A DNA stretch of 64,000 bases from Antedon mediterranea (GCF_964355755.1 NC_092674.1:28892001-28956000); one strand, 5' to 3'. Positions 1 to 12,790 are shown, counted from the stretch's first letter. The notes: generated by a model not told the origin, from the sequence alone. Program-made: numbers and translations.

Positions 1-9
1 CTAACTAAC

Positions 10-956
10 CTTTGTTGTCATCTTTCCAGATATATTTTGATGAAATTTAACAGGCATCTCTGCATTTTCAATTTTAACATTTTCATATACGTTTGAACGA
101 CCTTGTACATCAGTAGTAGCATCCTAGAACAAAAAGATCAATCAGTCAATAATTTATTGCCAGAAAATAAAAAACTTTGCTCTAGTCTAGTTTACATAAT
201 AGAGAAAATATAGGTGAATTCTTAAATGTGAACTTAAGTGTTATGTACTAAAATACGTCTCATACAGTACCTTAATTAAATCGCTGTCTACACTATCAAA
301 CTACAGCATAATGTGCTCTAATATGGTAGTGATATGATCATCGTGTCCATATTTGGGCACATCACATTTTGTTTTGTCTCATAAAGTCTGATAGTGTAGA
401 CATAGGTTTATAGTTTAGCTATTCTTAGAACTATGCTTACCTGTGATGCTTGCTGATGAGTTAAAACGGAAGGAAAATCTTTAGTTGGAAAACTCTCCAT
501 TTTATCCTTCGATTCTAGTAAAATCAACACAAATATTTTAAAGTTTTACTGGAACAATATACAAGAACACCAGAACACAATAAAGTCTCCCGTGATTAGG
601 GGTGCCCCATGAGTGCCCCATATGAGTGCCCCATATGAGTGCCCTATATGAGTGCCCCATATGAGTTCTGTACTATAATCATTATTTTCAAATACATCAT
701 CCTTACTTGTTGGGGAAATTGGTGCCTCGAATATATCTGTTATAACTTTAAATGTCAAGTCAATCCCGTCCTGTGTTTTTGTTGATTTGTTGCATTTTGG
801 ACATGCAAATGAACTATCTTTAGCTATAGACTTCCTTAGAAATTGTTTGCTGCTAACTTCGTCCAATGCACATTTTCGGCAGATGCTGTGACAACAACCA
901 AGTATGATGGAGGCACTGTTGGAGCCGAAACATACACTGCATGTGATAACTTTCAT
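10..956 (-). CDS. RING-HC (C3HC4) finger protein, 5' part; coding exons 956-707, 514-441, 123-10; continues beyond the left edge
   Basis: ATG at 956 gives MKVITCSVC-x11-CCHSICRKC-x22-CPKC (C3HC4). Donor ACAA|GTAAGG after 707, acceptor TACTAG|514, donor CAG|GTAAGC after 441, acceptor TCTAG|123, donor AAG|GTTAGT after 10. The frame stays open across the junctions (phase 1, then 0). Acceptor CTCCAG| at 962 implies an upstream non-coding exon. Family (RNF17/TRIM-like etc.) cannot be fixed from this fragment. Confidence 0.8.
283..402. mobile_element. MITE family A copy (Harbinger/Tourist-like)
   Basis: CTGTCTACACTATCAAAC...TGATAGTGTAGACA inverted termini and the shared core ATATGGTAGTGATATG. Confidence 0.75.
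600..666. repeat. Short tandem repeat (~14-bp unit GAGTGCCCCATAT) in a RING gene intron
   Basis: About 5 imperfect copies are visible and explain the repetitive WGTH tail of ORF 546..962. Confidence 0.8.
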
Positions 957-1399
957 ATTCAACTGGAGTTGAGTTGAAATAACAAACAGCTATCAAAATA
1001 ATACATTAATTGTTAAAAGAAAAGTTGAATAAAATCAAAATATTATAGGCCTAATATTATAAATACCAAGCCGCCACGGCACAACTAATGACAAGTACAA
1101 GGAAGGTCTAGGGCTAGGGGACCAGGACCTTTAAGTTTAATACTAGGCCTAGGCCTAGCCTTAACTTGGCGTAGATTAAGATAGGAGGGGGTAGGGCTGG
1201 TGGAGCTCACCCCTCTCTAAAGTGAAATGCATGACTGATGATTTAGCTGGACTAAACAACAGCATTGAATTATACTTACTATATGCTAGGCCGGTCAAAA
1301 GCGTAAAATATAAACACCACTTTCATAGAAAACAACAACAAGCAAGACCTAAGATAGTAATAAAAACACGTCTTCTTTTCTTCTTCCTCTCCTTTCTTC

Positions 1400-1580
1400 C
1401 CACCTACCTCCCTCTCGCGGGTGGTGGTATTTTTGTTCAAACAATTATTATTATAGAGGGCATTATCAACAACTTGTTAAACACGTCCAATCCGACGAAA
1501 TCGACGCGTCGTGTGAAGATCGTTACAAATTTAATACCGCCCCCATCTTAGATGTACGTAATCTTCTTGTTATTGGACTG
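1400..1580 (-). promoter_or_regulatory. Probable promoter region of the RING gene
   Basis: Local CpG enrichment, TCTCGCGGG at 1413, CCAAT at 1487, palindrome CGACGCGTCG near 1502, GC box CCGCCCC at 1537, ATTGG near 1573; lies upstream of the acceptor at 962. Confidence 0.45.
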
Positions 1581-2475
1581 GAAAAAAAAACACGATAATG
1601 TAAAAAGTCATTCTCATTCTCCCTCAATTTTTAATTTTCTCAATTTTTTATTTAAATGTAATGATAAATAAGCGATATTTTTCTGTCTAAGTCTACACAT
1701 AGTACTCCTACGTGTATATATTTTGAGACGATGTTTAGTTAGGATCGACTAACCAAGGAAAGGACTACATAGGACTACGATTATGTGTTCACTTCTTGAA
1801 CAGCCTGCAAACCTGTTTGATTAATATAAATTTTAAATTGAAATTGTTTATGGCATGCTGATCTATGTTTATATATATATATATATTTTTTTTTTATCTG
1901 TATTTTATTGTTAACCGTTTTTTATGTTGTATTGTTTTATGTTTTAAACCGGTTAGTGCCGGTATTTATCGCTGTTGGTTTTGACTGAATAAAATGAAAT
2001 AAAAATAAAATAAACTCTTTTTTTTTGGGAAACATCAGGGTTGGGGGTGAGGCGGACAACCTTAAGAGGACATTTTTTAGTTCCGATGTGGTACTGTATC
2101 GCGCGCGTTAATCAAAGCGTCTGCATAGAGGAAACCCACCACCTCCTATGGTGCTTAATGATAATAATGAGGATAAACAATTACATCCTAATAATGATAA
2201 ACAAAAACCGGAGATATATATTTGTTTCGAAAAATTACGAGTCATTGACCAAAGACCAAGGTTATACGGATGATGAAAAAAAACAATAAACTTACATAAG
2301 TATCGAACGTACTTACATACCGTACTTAATTAAATATTGTATTGTTCTAAATAAACAATTATTATTTGTCACAATATACGTGATGATTAATTTCATTTAT
2401 GTAAACACTGAACGATACCACTACTGTGGGGCGTTTGAACTAATGACAGATAAGACGATGATGATTTCATCATAA

Positions 2476-2627
2476 AGCTTTGTCTACACTATCAAACTTT
2501 ATGTGACAACAAATGTGATGTGCCCATATATGGACATGATGTCATACCACTACAATATTTGGGTATATCCCTACCATATTTAGGATACATTTTTTTTTCA
2601 AACTAGTTTGACAGTGTAGACAGAGCT
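2476..2627. mobile_element. MITE family A copy
   Basis: TIR AGCTTTGTCTACACTATCAAACT / AGTTTGACAGTGTAGACAGAGCT, preceded by TAA. Confidence 0.85.
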
Positions 2628-3044
2628 CTATATTCGTCGCCTGCAAACGCTTCTAACTACCGGTAACATAATGTCTCCACTAACATGAATGCGTGTGAAC
2701 GCATTATTGGACAAGTAAGTTTTGGACACCATTCATTTTAAGGTCCATCATTCATGGTACTGCTGCTGTACATATAGTAGGCCTACCAAATATGAATCAT
2801 TATCCACTATTCCACGACATGGAAAGTTTTATATTTAAATTTATATAAATTATTGACATTGTGGACACAACGCAATTACTATACGCATGCAAGTGAGTTG
2901 ACCAATTGCGAGTGACAATTCGATGATCCATTGCGTTGTGATTGGTCAAATTACTTGCGTTGTGCATACAACAACGCTCTTCTTACGTTGCGTCCAAGTG
3001 GGAAGAACTAAAGCTATTTAGGAATGTATTTAATGTATTACCAA

Positions 3045-3183
3045 AGGTCTGTTTACACTATCAAACAAAAAAGTGCGACGTGCCCAAATATATAATTATG
3101 GTAGTGATATGTCCAAATATGGTAGTGATATGACATCATCACATTTTTTGTCACATATAAAGTTTGATAGTGTAAACAGAGCT
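3045..3183. mobile_element. MITE family A copy
   Basis: Same TIR and core, followed by TAA; adjoins a degenerate family B copy at ~2867-3008. Confidence 0.8.
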
Positions 3184-3369
3184 TAAAGACGCATCAACAA
3201 ACATTGTATATATTAATTCAGTTTGTAGGGAAAAATGATGTACAGTATTATTGCATTATGATTTAAAACATCAGAGAGATAACATAATTCTCCCTGGTAA
3301 TACAGTAGTGCGGTTTATATAGTGAACTTGGTATATGGATTATGCCTAGTGGGCGTACACGGCACGCCC

Positions 3370-3776
3370 AGTGACGTAACTTTAATTTAGCCTATTTACT
3401 GCTGACATGGAAAAGACTAATTAATACTTTGATTGTATGAACTCATCAATTGCTACCGTCAATGTCATGATGCTGGTTAATGCACTCTCACATCTTTATT
3501 ACGAATGCCCTATTAATGAGAGTCAATGACATTACCTGGCAGAAAGTGAAAAAACGACGGCCGTTCCACTATCTGTCAGCGTTAACCAATCAAAAGACGT
3601 TGTATGATTGATTACCCAATCACAGAACGTTGTATTCATCGAAGCGTGAGTCATATGACGATTAGTGTATTATTGACTCACAGTAAACGAACGTGATCTG
3701 GTTACCGTATTTGTGATATTTTGTTATTGACTTTGATGGCTATATAAACGATCGTCTGACGAAATAACATCAGTTA
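3370..3776 (+). promoter_or_regulatory. TATA+Inr promoter with AP-1, CRE-like and CCAAT sites
   Basis: TATATAAA 3741-3748; Inr TCAGTT 3770-3775 with A+1 at 3772, 31 nt after the TATA start; TGAGTCA 3647-3653; TGACTCA 3674-3680; TGACG 3656; TGACGTAA 3372; CCAAT 3586 and 3616. Confidence 0.8.
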
Positions 3777-3851
3777 GCGATAGCCAAGCTTACAGTAAAG
3801 GTGTCTGAAAAAAAATAACAAAAGTATATCTTCGATATTTTCGTAATTAAA

Positions 3852-4490
3852 ATGGTTGGTTTTAACAAGAATAAGGAAAATCTTCTTTCTATCTTCGACA
3901 TGGCAAATTCTTTATCTTCATCTGTTATGTTACAACCAGGAGCTGAGCTGAAAAGTGGAACTTTGTATCTACACGTTGGACACAGACGTCAACGGATGCT
4001 GGCGAAGGTTTACGCCAACACGTTAGATCCCCTTGTTGTTTTCTACCCAGACAAAGTACATTGTAAACATTGTGGATTGATGCGGTTGAGAAGTTGTACA
4101 ATTACTGCTCTTCCAGGGGAGAGGGACTTCCTTGTCTCCCCAAAGAAAACAGACGATGGCAAAGCTATGGTGTTCTCGGCTGATTCTGCCGCGGAAAGAA
4201 ACTCTTGGGTAAAAGCATTGTCATCGTACGAGGACAATTTGGGGAAAAAGATTGCATCTCTTCGCACCAGAAGGATGCCATCTTTGAATGAATCATTAGA
4301 AGAGGATGAGGAAGCAGAGGATAGTTCAAGGCAGGATGACAGGTTTAACATTCCCTCCAGAAGGACATCAAGACGTCCATCAACCGAGTTTGTTCGGCGG
4401 CGGAGATTCGTAGATCAGGAAAGAAAAATATTTGGTATTCAAAAGCAAAATTGTTGGAACACGGACAGACGTTCACAAGTCTGTAATTAA
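3852..4490 (+). CDS. Intronless single PH-domain protein (212 aa) with an acidic/basic disordered C-tail
   Basis: PH signature from beta1 LKSGTLY to the C-terminal helix FSADSAAERNSWVKALS with the invariant Trp. Good Kozak context (AAAATGG), well-spaced TATA/Inr upstream, AATAAA at 5594. Confidence 0.85.
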   Translation: MVGFNKNKENLLSIFDMANSLSSSVMLQPGAELKSGTLYLHVGHRRQRMLAKVYANTLDPLVVFYPDKVHCKHCGLMRLRSCTITALPGERDFLVSPKKTDDGKAMVFSADSAAERNSWVKALSSYEDNLGKKIASLRTRRMPSLNESLEEDEEAEDSSRQDDRFNIPSRRTSRRPSTEFVRRRRFVDQERKIFGIQKQNCWNTDRRSQVCN

Positions 4491-5593
4491 ACTCTCACCT
4501 GGAAATCTATGCAGAAGAATGGTTAGAATGCATACTGTATTTATTTTACTGGATGACATTGGAAAGTAGGGAACCTGGACACTTTATAAAATGAACTAAA
4601 ATTGTGCTGTTTGCGGAATGATACAGTCATTATTTGAACTATATAATACTGTTGAATATTTCTATTGACATTTCAAGCAATGCGAGTGTGTGGCAATGAA
4701 ACCGTTTCTGTTGAATATCTTGCCATTTGTACCTATTTTATGTTAACATGTCTTTTAATGTATAGTGTAATTTAACTGAAGGAATCAGTCATGCATAAGA
4801 CTCGAAGAGACACAAAGTTGACGCGCGCGTATAAAAGCCGTACCGTTTTATCGGATTATGGACGCGCGCGTCGTACTGACAATCTTTTTGTTGCATCATT
4901 GACATTGCAGACAAAAACATTTAATACTTTACTTTTGTTTAATTTAAAGTATGCATTGTTCAGAGAGGCGTGTAGCATAAGTTGTTCTTAAATCTCTTGA
5001 CTATTCTGCAATAATAGATATTTGTTCGCAATACATTGATGGGATAATGACCTATCATTTCCTTTGTTGAGAAAGCATTTGTGTACGTATTATGAAATAA
5101 TGCTTTAATAATTGATTTAAAAGTGTGTGGGGGAGTTTTTGGCAACGGTGTAGGATAGGAACAAGTTATAACAATGATTCAAATAATTATTGGCAAAGGC
5201 GTGTACTTAATCTATTGTATTTTATCTATTGTTTTTTTTTTGCCATGACGTAAGCAATGTCAGATATATTACTTTGCAATACAATGCTATGCGAATTATT
5301 TGCTAATTGTTTAACTTAAGTTTCATTGTTTATCAAATCATGGGTGGAGGTATTAAACCTCGATTAATATCCCATCGTCATTTAACCTAATTACCATGGA
5401 AACACCATGGCCGTATGTTAGCAATTTGTGTTGTGTTTTTGTATGTTCAGAAAAATAACCTAAAAATGTCTTTTATTTGGTTGTTATAATGACAATAGTA
5501 ATTATAGGCAAGCGTACGTCAACTCGTCAAAAGATGTATATTTTTTGTAAAATTTGTAAAGAGATTCTATTTAAAAAGTGCTATTCATTGTGA

Positions 5594-5599
5594 AATAAA
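5594..5599 (+). terminator. Probable polyadenylation signal of the PH gene (3' UTR ~1.1 kb, AU-rich)
   Basis: AATAAA followed by a U/GU-rich downstream segment; TATTTATT near 4538 in the UTR. Confidence 0.55.
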
Positions 5600-8164
5600 A
5601 CAAAAAGAAAAAATTAATTTTGTATTGTCGCCGGGTTTCATTTTTTTTTGGTCGTTAAGGACTGTCTTCCACTTTAACGCGCGCACAACGACGTAAGTGC
5701 GCGCACCCTAATTTAACCAATTACGTGTGATTACGACGACTCCCAAGCTTATAAGTGTTTGTTCTGTAGACGTGAGTTTAATGTTAGTTACCTAAGCCTA
5801 CTAGTATCCTAGGCCTACTACTAGTACACCTGATGCACAGACTCATATACACGTCCTTCAAACCCGGCGTTAACTACCCTGGATGGATATAAGCAAACGT
5901 TGAAAAAACTAAAGCTAAACCTGCTAGTATTTTGCTAGAAATCAAACGGAACTTGAATTTGTCTAAGTTATTATAAGCGCGTGTACAGCCAAGATAAAGG
6001 GGGAATACACAGAACGATCTACTTAAATAATTATTTAGTTTAATCCGTTTAAACTAGAAAACAATACGATATTTAAGATATGGCTCAATAGGCCAATGGC
6101 ATCATGATGGCATTGCCGTAGCCATGCATGAGACAATTTTCAAACCACCCCAATTCCCCAGCACAGATCGTCATATTTTATATTAATCATTTTACGGCCT
6201 AGGTGATAGTAACATCAGCGGCACAGCACAACTGATCCGTCACAAGTGGCGTATTAATATTATTTGGTTGAATTGTAGAATCTTTCTGAAATAATTAAGC
6301 TATGAGAATTATTATGGAGTCGAAACGTCGTTTATTTTTTAGCGTAATTTTTTCTTAATCTTATTATTGTTATAACTAAAATGCTTTTTAGATTTAAAAA
6401 TAAAAAATAGATATTCAACATTAAACCTTTAATTTTTAGAGTTATTTATAGACAAGATTAGTAAGTATAGGCCTACACAGTTGTGCTAATAATAGTCCCA
6501 ACAAGGAAAGTGTAAATGATAGAGATATTATCATATCTCTGTGGTATATCAAGTATAATTGACCAGAGAAAAATCCCATATTTGGTGCGAAGTCGTCAGT
6601 ATATGTGATCGTGTAGTTCATGCTGGGTATATGAATACACAGCAAGGTGAATAATGAGATGTTTATCGCACAATGTAAGTATCGATACTTATAATTAGGC
6701 ATGTATTAGACACCGTGTCTATTGATATTTGTGATATATACTCGCGGTTATGACCACGGCAAACTTCATAATGTATGTATAATTGTTTCTATAAATATAC
6801 GTGGGCTTAAATAATTATATTAATAAATTATTCATAAATATAATACATTCATAATTAATAAATTTACATTTTTTTATTTCGGACATTCAACTTAACTCAA
6901 TATTCAAATAATAGCAACTCAAATCAATTTATACCGTATCTTAAATTTGCAATTTTAAATTAATTAATCAAATGCATATTAAAATAGGCCTAATAATGCT
7001 GAAAAAAGAAACCATGAAAATGAGGCGAACGGTGGAATTTATACAAGAAGATATATCATTTGTGCCTCGTTACATAATATTTATGTGTACATAATAATAA
7101 TTATTATAGAATGCAAGTAATGTATATTATACGGTTCGTCACATCGTTGCTATCCTATACCGAGTATACAATAATTATATCTTATCATAATATATACGTG
7201 TTCATAATAATATAATATTTTATTCAGTTTCATATCGTTACTCTAAACGTCAACGTCATGCACAGTTTGCCTCCTCAATAAATGAGTTGAAAAATATGTG
7301 CATATTGTTGGTTGATCTCCTGTCGATATGCGGAGCAGACGACTAGAACACAGCAGGGAGTATATTCATTAAACAATTTAATTAGTACCGTAATAACTGA
7401 CGATCAATCTCGGTGAATTCGAGATATGACATCCCGTTTGGTTTTGTAGTCTGTTTTTATTTGATAAATGCGTCAATATTGTGTGTAGTATGGCTATGAT
7501 ACACTGGTGACAATTCATTCTAAAATAGGTCGTGACATAGGCCTATTACATTAATTTTAAACATTGTAGAGCGAAATGAGCAGCAGTTTATTGTGATTAT
7601 GAATAATGGGTGTGGTGTTATAGTAGTTTTTTATTTACCTTTTTTTATTTAATTGGTATAAAAAGACTCGAAATACAACTCATAGTTGAAATGAAGAGCT
7701 TACATAGGAAAATGTTAAGTTCGTCTGGGGCTCCAGACAATGAAATGATTATAATAGCGAAGATGCCGTTGTGTACTCAAAGTACTATATTACGATTTAA
7801 TATAGGCTATTAAAGATTAGGAGCTGTTTTGGGTTCCGAGGGTGTCCTCCTAAATATAAGTTTATAGGGAGACAACGACGGTTTTGAGTTTTTACCACCG
7901 TAACTCAACAAGGTCGTAAAACAGATCGATAATTACATTACTGAAATGATTAAAAACAAAACTATCAATTAATGTGCCGCTTTTAAATTGTCGGTCATCT
8001 GTTGTTGTTGGTTAGATACAAACAGCGAGAGAGTGACATAGCGATTGACTTGAGGCGGTGGTCTTTTGCAATTTCGTGTCACGCCCAAACTTCCAATCCA
8101 TACGGTATCCATTACATACACTGTGTGAACTCTCATAACAGTTGGTAGCCACGTCACATCCTAA

Positions 8165-8298
8165 AAGTTGGTTCCCACAGGACGCAAATTAACCACGACC
8201 CAAGTGGACGGACGACGTATCGAGCAGTCGTCGTGATTGGTAAAAATGTTTGCGTTGCGCTTTCGTCACCGTGCGCGCGTCTAGGTGGAAACCAAGCT
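8165..8298. mobile_element. MITE family B copy (degenerate)
   Basis: AGTTGGTTCCCAC...GTGGAAACCAAGCT termini. Confidence 0.7.
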
Positions 8299-9014
8299 TT
8301 TAAGGCGCACCTTCTGCACACCTTATATATTTATTAACATTTATTTAATAATAAATTGTGATAAATGGTAGAGAGAAAAGTATAAATATTAGGCCTACAT
8401 ATACGACCGAAATTAATTGGGAAAATTCGGCAAGTGATACAGTAGTACGTCGGTACTGTCTTCCTATATATCAAGATTATGTGTAATGTTCTGTGAGGTT
8501 GCTGAATAAAATCTCACGTGTCTATTAACCTATCTGAACTTGGGAACAATTAGTTTGTACTATAACTCACTGTATGCGAAACGATGAACGTATCATAAAC
8601 ATCGGAAGACAGGTATATGCCGGATATATTCGAAAAACAACTCTTCCGGTTCTGCTTATCGAGTCTAGAAGCATATCGATAGAATTGTATTATCCGTGTG
8701 GCAGTCTCCCTCCCTCCCCCAGTTACCGACCTTTGCGCACTGAATTTTAGGAGAAAACTCACAGGACTATCATAATGTAGCTGAACGTTATTTCAAAAAC
8801 TTGTAACAGGCCCTGGATTATTTGCTCTAATAATTCCAAAACAGATGGAAAGCAAAAAATAATAAAAAATAACGGATTTATCAAATTAATACTATCCTGT
8901 TTTTCATTTTGAGTCTCATCTTTCTTTGCTCGGCGGCGCGCCATACGATTGGCTTGTGCTGCTGCTGTTAAATAAACGCGATATTCCCATGTACAAACGC
9001 GTTTTTCACCCTAT

Positions 9015-9330
9015 AGCTTGGTTCTCACTAGAACGCAACGCAAGACGTAAACGCAACGTAAGCGAGTTGACCAATCACAAGCTTTGAATTATTCGAACTT
9101 TCGCTTATCATTGGTCAACACGCTTGCGTTGCGTTATGTCCTTGTGTTTTGTCTCCAGTGGGAACCAAGCTTAAAGCTTGGTTTCCGCTAGAGACGCAAC
9201 ATAACGACGTAACGTAACGTAAGAGATTTTACAAATTAAAAGCGATGAATTACTCGAACTGCGCTTGTCATTGGTCAACTCGCTTGCGTTGCGTTACGTC
9301 CTTGCGTTGCGTACTAGTGAGAACCAAGCT
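9015..9330. mobile_element. Two adjacent MITE family B copies (9015-9171 and 9175-9330) separated by TAA
   Basis: Near-palindromic ~155-bp elements AGCTTGGTT(C/T)CCACTAG..CGCAACG..TGACCAATCACAAGC..GCTTGTCATTGGTCAA..CGTTGCG..CTAGTGGGAACCAAGCT. TAA/TTA flanks are consistent with PIF/Harbinger. Confidence 0.85.
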
Positions 9331-10086
9331 TTACGTAAGGGCGAGCTTATGTTTTCGACACGGAACTCAACTGGAAGGAACTAGTTGCGCACAAGAGCGC
9401 TTCAGCGTGTTTTGCACTAGAACGCAACGCAGAAGCGACGTATCGACGCAAAGTGTTGTATTGCGTAATCACAAGTGGGAACCGATGACGCAATAGTGCT
9501 GCAAACATCGCAGGTTTGTCAATCAAGTCGACAATTTTTTGCAAGTGGAAACATATTATTAAACATAATTAGGCTTAAGCCAAACATGTGTATAAGATAT
9601 TGCAGTATGCTTATGATATCAATGACAAATCTAGTTTTCAAGTGATTATTCCTGCGACGTCTTGCTATATTCGGGTCTACCTTAATTCCCTAAATCCATG
9701 TTAATAATAAAAGGATTTGTAGGCCTATTTATGTCATGTTTTCTTAAGAATGGATTAATTGGACAATGTGGCTATAGTTCGATTCTGATTGACGAGAAGG
9801 TAAATTATGTGTAGGCCTGTTTTTGAAGAGCATTGAAGAGTGACATTAATCTTTATTATATTTTTTATAGATATAGATAGGCCAAGTGATCTGGCTATTA
9901 AACAAAACAAGTAAACATGTATGCCTACGCGCTATCATTAGTCAGCGACGCCACGAAGACACTAACTAACCGCGTAGTAGTGGTTTGATAAAAACATGCG
10001 TTTCGCTAATAAAGCGGTTTATTTTAGACAGCTTCACCAACCGAGCTTGAAAAAAAATATTAAAAACATTAGGCGCGCCTTCAAAC

Positions 10087-10122
10087 CATGGAGGTAAAAA
10101 TAATTTATTTTTTACCTCCATG
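10087..10122. mobile_element. 36-bp CA..TG palindrome with 7-bp flanking duplication (P-like excision footprint)
   Basis: TTCAAAC|CATGGAGGTAAAAATAA-TT-TATTTTTTACCTCCATG|TTCAAAT. Confidence 0.6.
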
Positions 10123-12613
10123 TTCAAATAATAACTTTAACTTGAGTAATTAGGCCTAAGTATGATGTTACTAAAAATCTAAAAAATTAATCAAATTTGT
10201 TATTGATAATATTACATAACAGGATATAATGTATATCAAAGTTATTAGTGTAAACCCTGTATCCTCTGGTTCTGATCTCCAATTCTTAAGCGCCTCATAG
10301 GCAATGATCATTGAATGGCGATACAAAATGATCGATTGAATGATTAATGGAGATAATACATTAAAAAAAAAAACATTTAAAAAAATCAACATTGATTAAC
10401 GTAGATTTTTTATCATAGATTCCGACTTATAAATATTATGATTTCATTATTAATTATTATATCATATTTATCTCCCAGACTTGTAATAAGACTTTGTTTA
10501 TGTAGAACATCTTATGTATGTATCTGAGGGTCCCTAATGATCAGCAATTGCTGGATGGATCACCCTCATTAAATATGGTCCAAAAAAATATCTATCTATG
10601 ATTACTAAGCGTTTACATATCATAGGGGGCTATACCAATAATGATAGGCATATAATATTGTAATTAAAACAACGCCTAATAGGCCTATCATAACATTATG
10701 TGTATCATATCATGGTGTCCTTGAGTTTTCATGTTATCATTATGTCAATATTTTGTCTTTTTTTGCGGTCGATGCTCCCTTGTTTACTCAATGAATACAA
10801 CAACATGTTTTGATTTTAGCATAGGCCTACAAAAAAACCAGCAAAAAACCACGGTGAATACGAGGCGCCGCGTGGTACAAACGCGAACTTATTGTGAATT
10901 AAATACAAATCAATTATAAAAGAAGCCTTATGTACAATAAATTATATGTAAAAATAACTTATAATTTTAAAGAACAGAAAGCACTGGTAGATTTACAAAC
11001 TTCAGTTTGCCAAGAGTTTGTTGTTGCTTTAGGTAAATTCAGTATTGTGCCGAGATGCGCCCCGTAGTTCCGATAAAGTCGATTTAATCTGGATTTATTT
11101 TGTAATATCACTTGAGCTATTTTTTCTCATACAACCTTGACTGTCCTGTTTGTTTTCGTCTTTTATTCACACTCTTCATTGTGAACAATGTGCTGAGAGT
11201 GATTCATATTTTAAGACACGTACTATAACTGCAGGAGAATTACAATAATAGACCATGTTGTTGAACTATAAAAAGGATCGTGTTTATAAATATTATATAT
11301 CAAATTAGCCTAAACAAGAACTATTTCTTACAACAAAAAACGCCGCTCGACTTTTTTGACGTAACCTTTTATCTATTGTTCTTTCGTCATTAAATTATTG
11401 TTTTGTAGACTTTCTTCTCTCAGATGTGCTTTGGGGTTTGAGCATCCACAGTCCGAGTTTCCAAATACCCTTTTTTAGCCGAAGTAGGCCTAAATAATAA
11501 AAACCTACTGCATGGTAACTGTTTCCTAATGATTCCGTTCTCTAGAATGTAACTGCCTAACGGAGCGGGGCGAAACATCCAAATTATTTATTCCATTACT
11601 ATAGCATAATACACTATAGACATTTTTCCTCGACAGAACAACACATAGTTTCAAACAAAATCACTTTAAGGGGGACATTACTGTCGCACAACAAATTCTG
11701 CTACGGCTGTCGAACAATAAGTGTATTTGAAAAATGTGTATAATGTATATAAATAAAATAAATACTTATATTATTAATAATAATATATACTATAATTTAA
11801 TATAGTTTGTTCCATATTTCTGTTTCGATTAATTTAGAAGGTGTATCGAAAATTTGTACGTAATATCAAAACTATCAATTTATATATCAATAAAGCTATT
11901 ATTTTCAAATTTCAGAAATGCAATATAATAGGCCTATGTTTTGAAGGTATAGATTGTTACGCGATATGTTAAAAGCAAAATTCTTACAGGCTTTACAGAA
12001 CTGTAACACTGATGTACGGGATCAATAACGTTACCGACATCATAAGATCCATGAAAAAAAATTGTTATATTACATATTTAGTAGTGTTGATAATACCCGG
12101 CGTCATATAAACAACCAACGGGCTCATGTGTCGAAATATATCAGATTTTGTTTAAATGTTTGTTGTCATGGTAATTAGACGTAAACAAGATACGAGAAAA
12201 CGATGGTATCATTGGTAATCGATACAAGTAAATTCAATAAATAATTGTTTCAATTACTAAAAATATAAGTATATAAATAATATCATAAATAAGTAAAACT
12301 TCAAATGTCAATTTCTTGGCGAACTTCTTACGTCATAATACCCAATATCATATCTTTAAATAGTAAGACACCAAATTATCTCTTTAATTTTCGTTGCTAT
12401 TTATAGGCATCCTTTATAGATAATCCTCTGATGACGTAGGTCACGCTAGAACGACCGCGGGTGCTACTATTTCTAGGGTCGTTAAATTTTAATTTAACAA
12501 ATTAAACATTCATCAATTTTGTCTATCGCCAAGCGTTCCGAGGTGTTAGATGGACTTTTAAGTTGTAGAATGATACAATACCTAATTGTGTTTCTATATA
12601 CTGTATAGGCCTC

Positions 12614-12639
12614 TAGTAGTAGTAGTAGTTGTGGTAGTT

Positions 12640-12708
<69 letters not shown>

Positions 12709-12790
12709 CAGTAGTAGTAGCGGCAGCAGCTCTAAGCAGCGGCAGTGGCAGCAGTGGCAGCGGCGGCAGCAGCAGTAGTAGTAGTAGTAG
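12614..12790. repeat. (TAG)n microsatellite with a (CAG/CGG) interruption
   Basis: Directly visible. Confidence 0.95.

Noticed and set aside
546-706. C-terminal part of ORF 546..962
   Set aside because: Intronic: a strong GTAAGG donor at 706 splices in frame to the next exon, and the ORF tail is a 14-bp tandem repeat
1222-1551. 109-aa + strand ORF
   Set aside because: GTG start, low complexity, overlaps the antisense promoter/5' UTR of the RING gene, no domain
3272-3296. CAGAGAGA..TCTCCCTG palindrome as another P-type footprint
   Set aside because: Only 25 bp, and the flanks do not form a direct repeat
4043-4351. 102-aa antisense ORF
   Set aside because: Shadow of the PH gene coding strand
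9245-9544. ORFs at 9245-9544 and 20813-21202
   Set aside because: Largely read through MITE family B sequence
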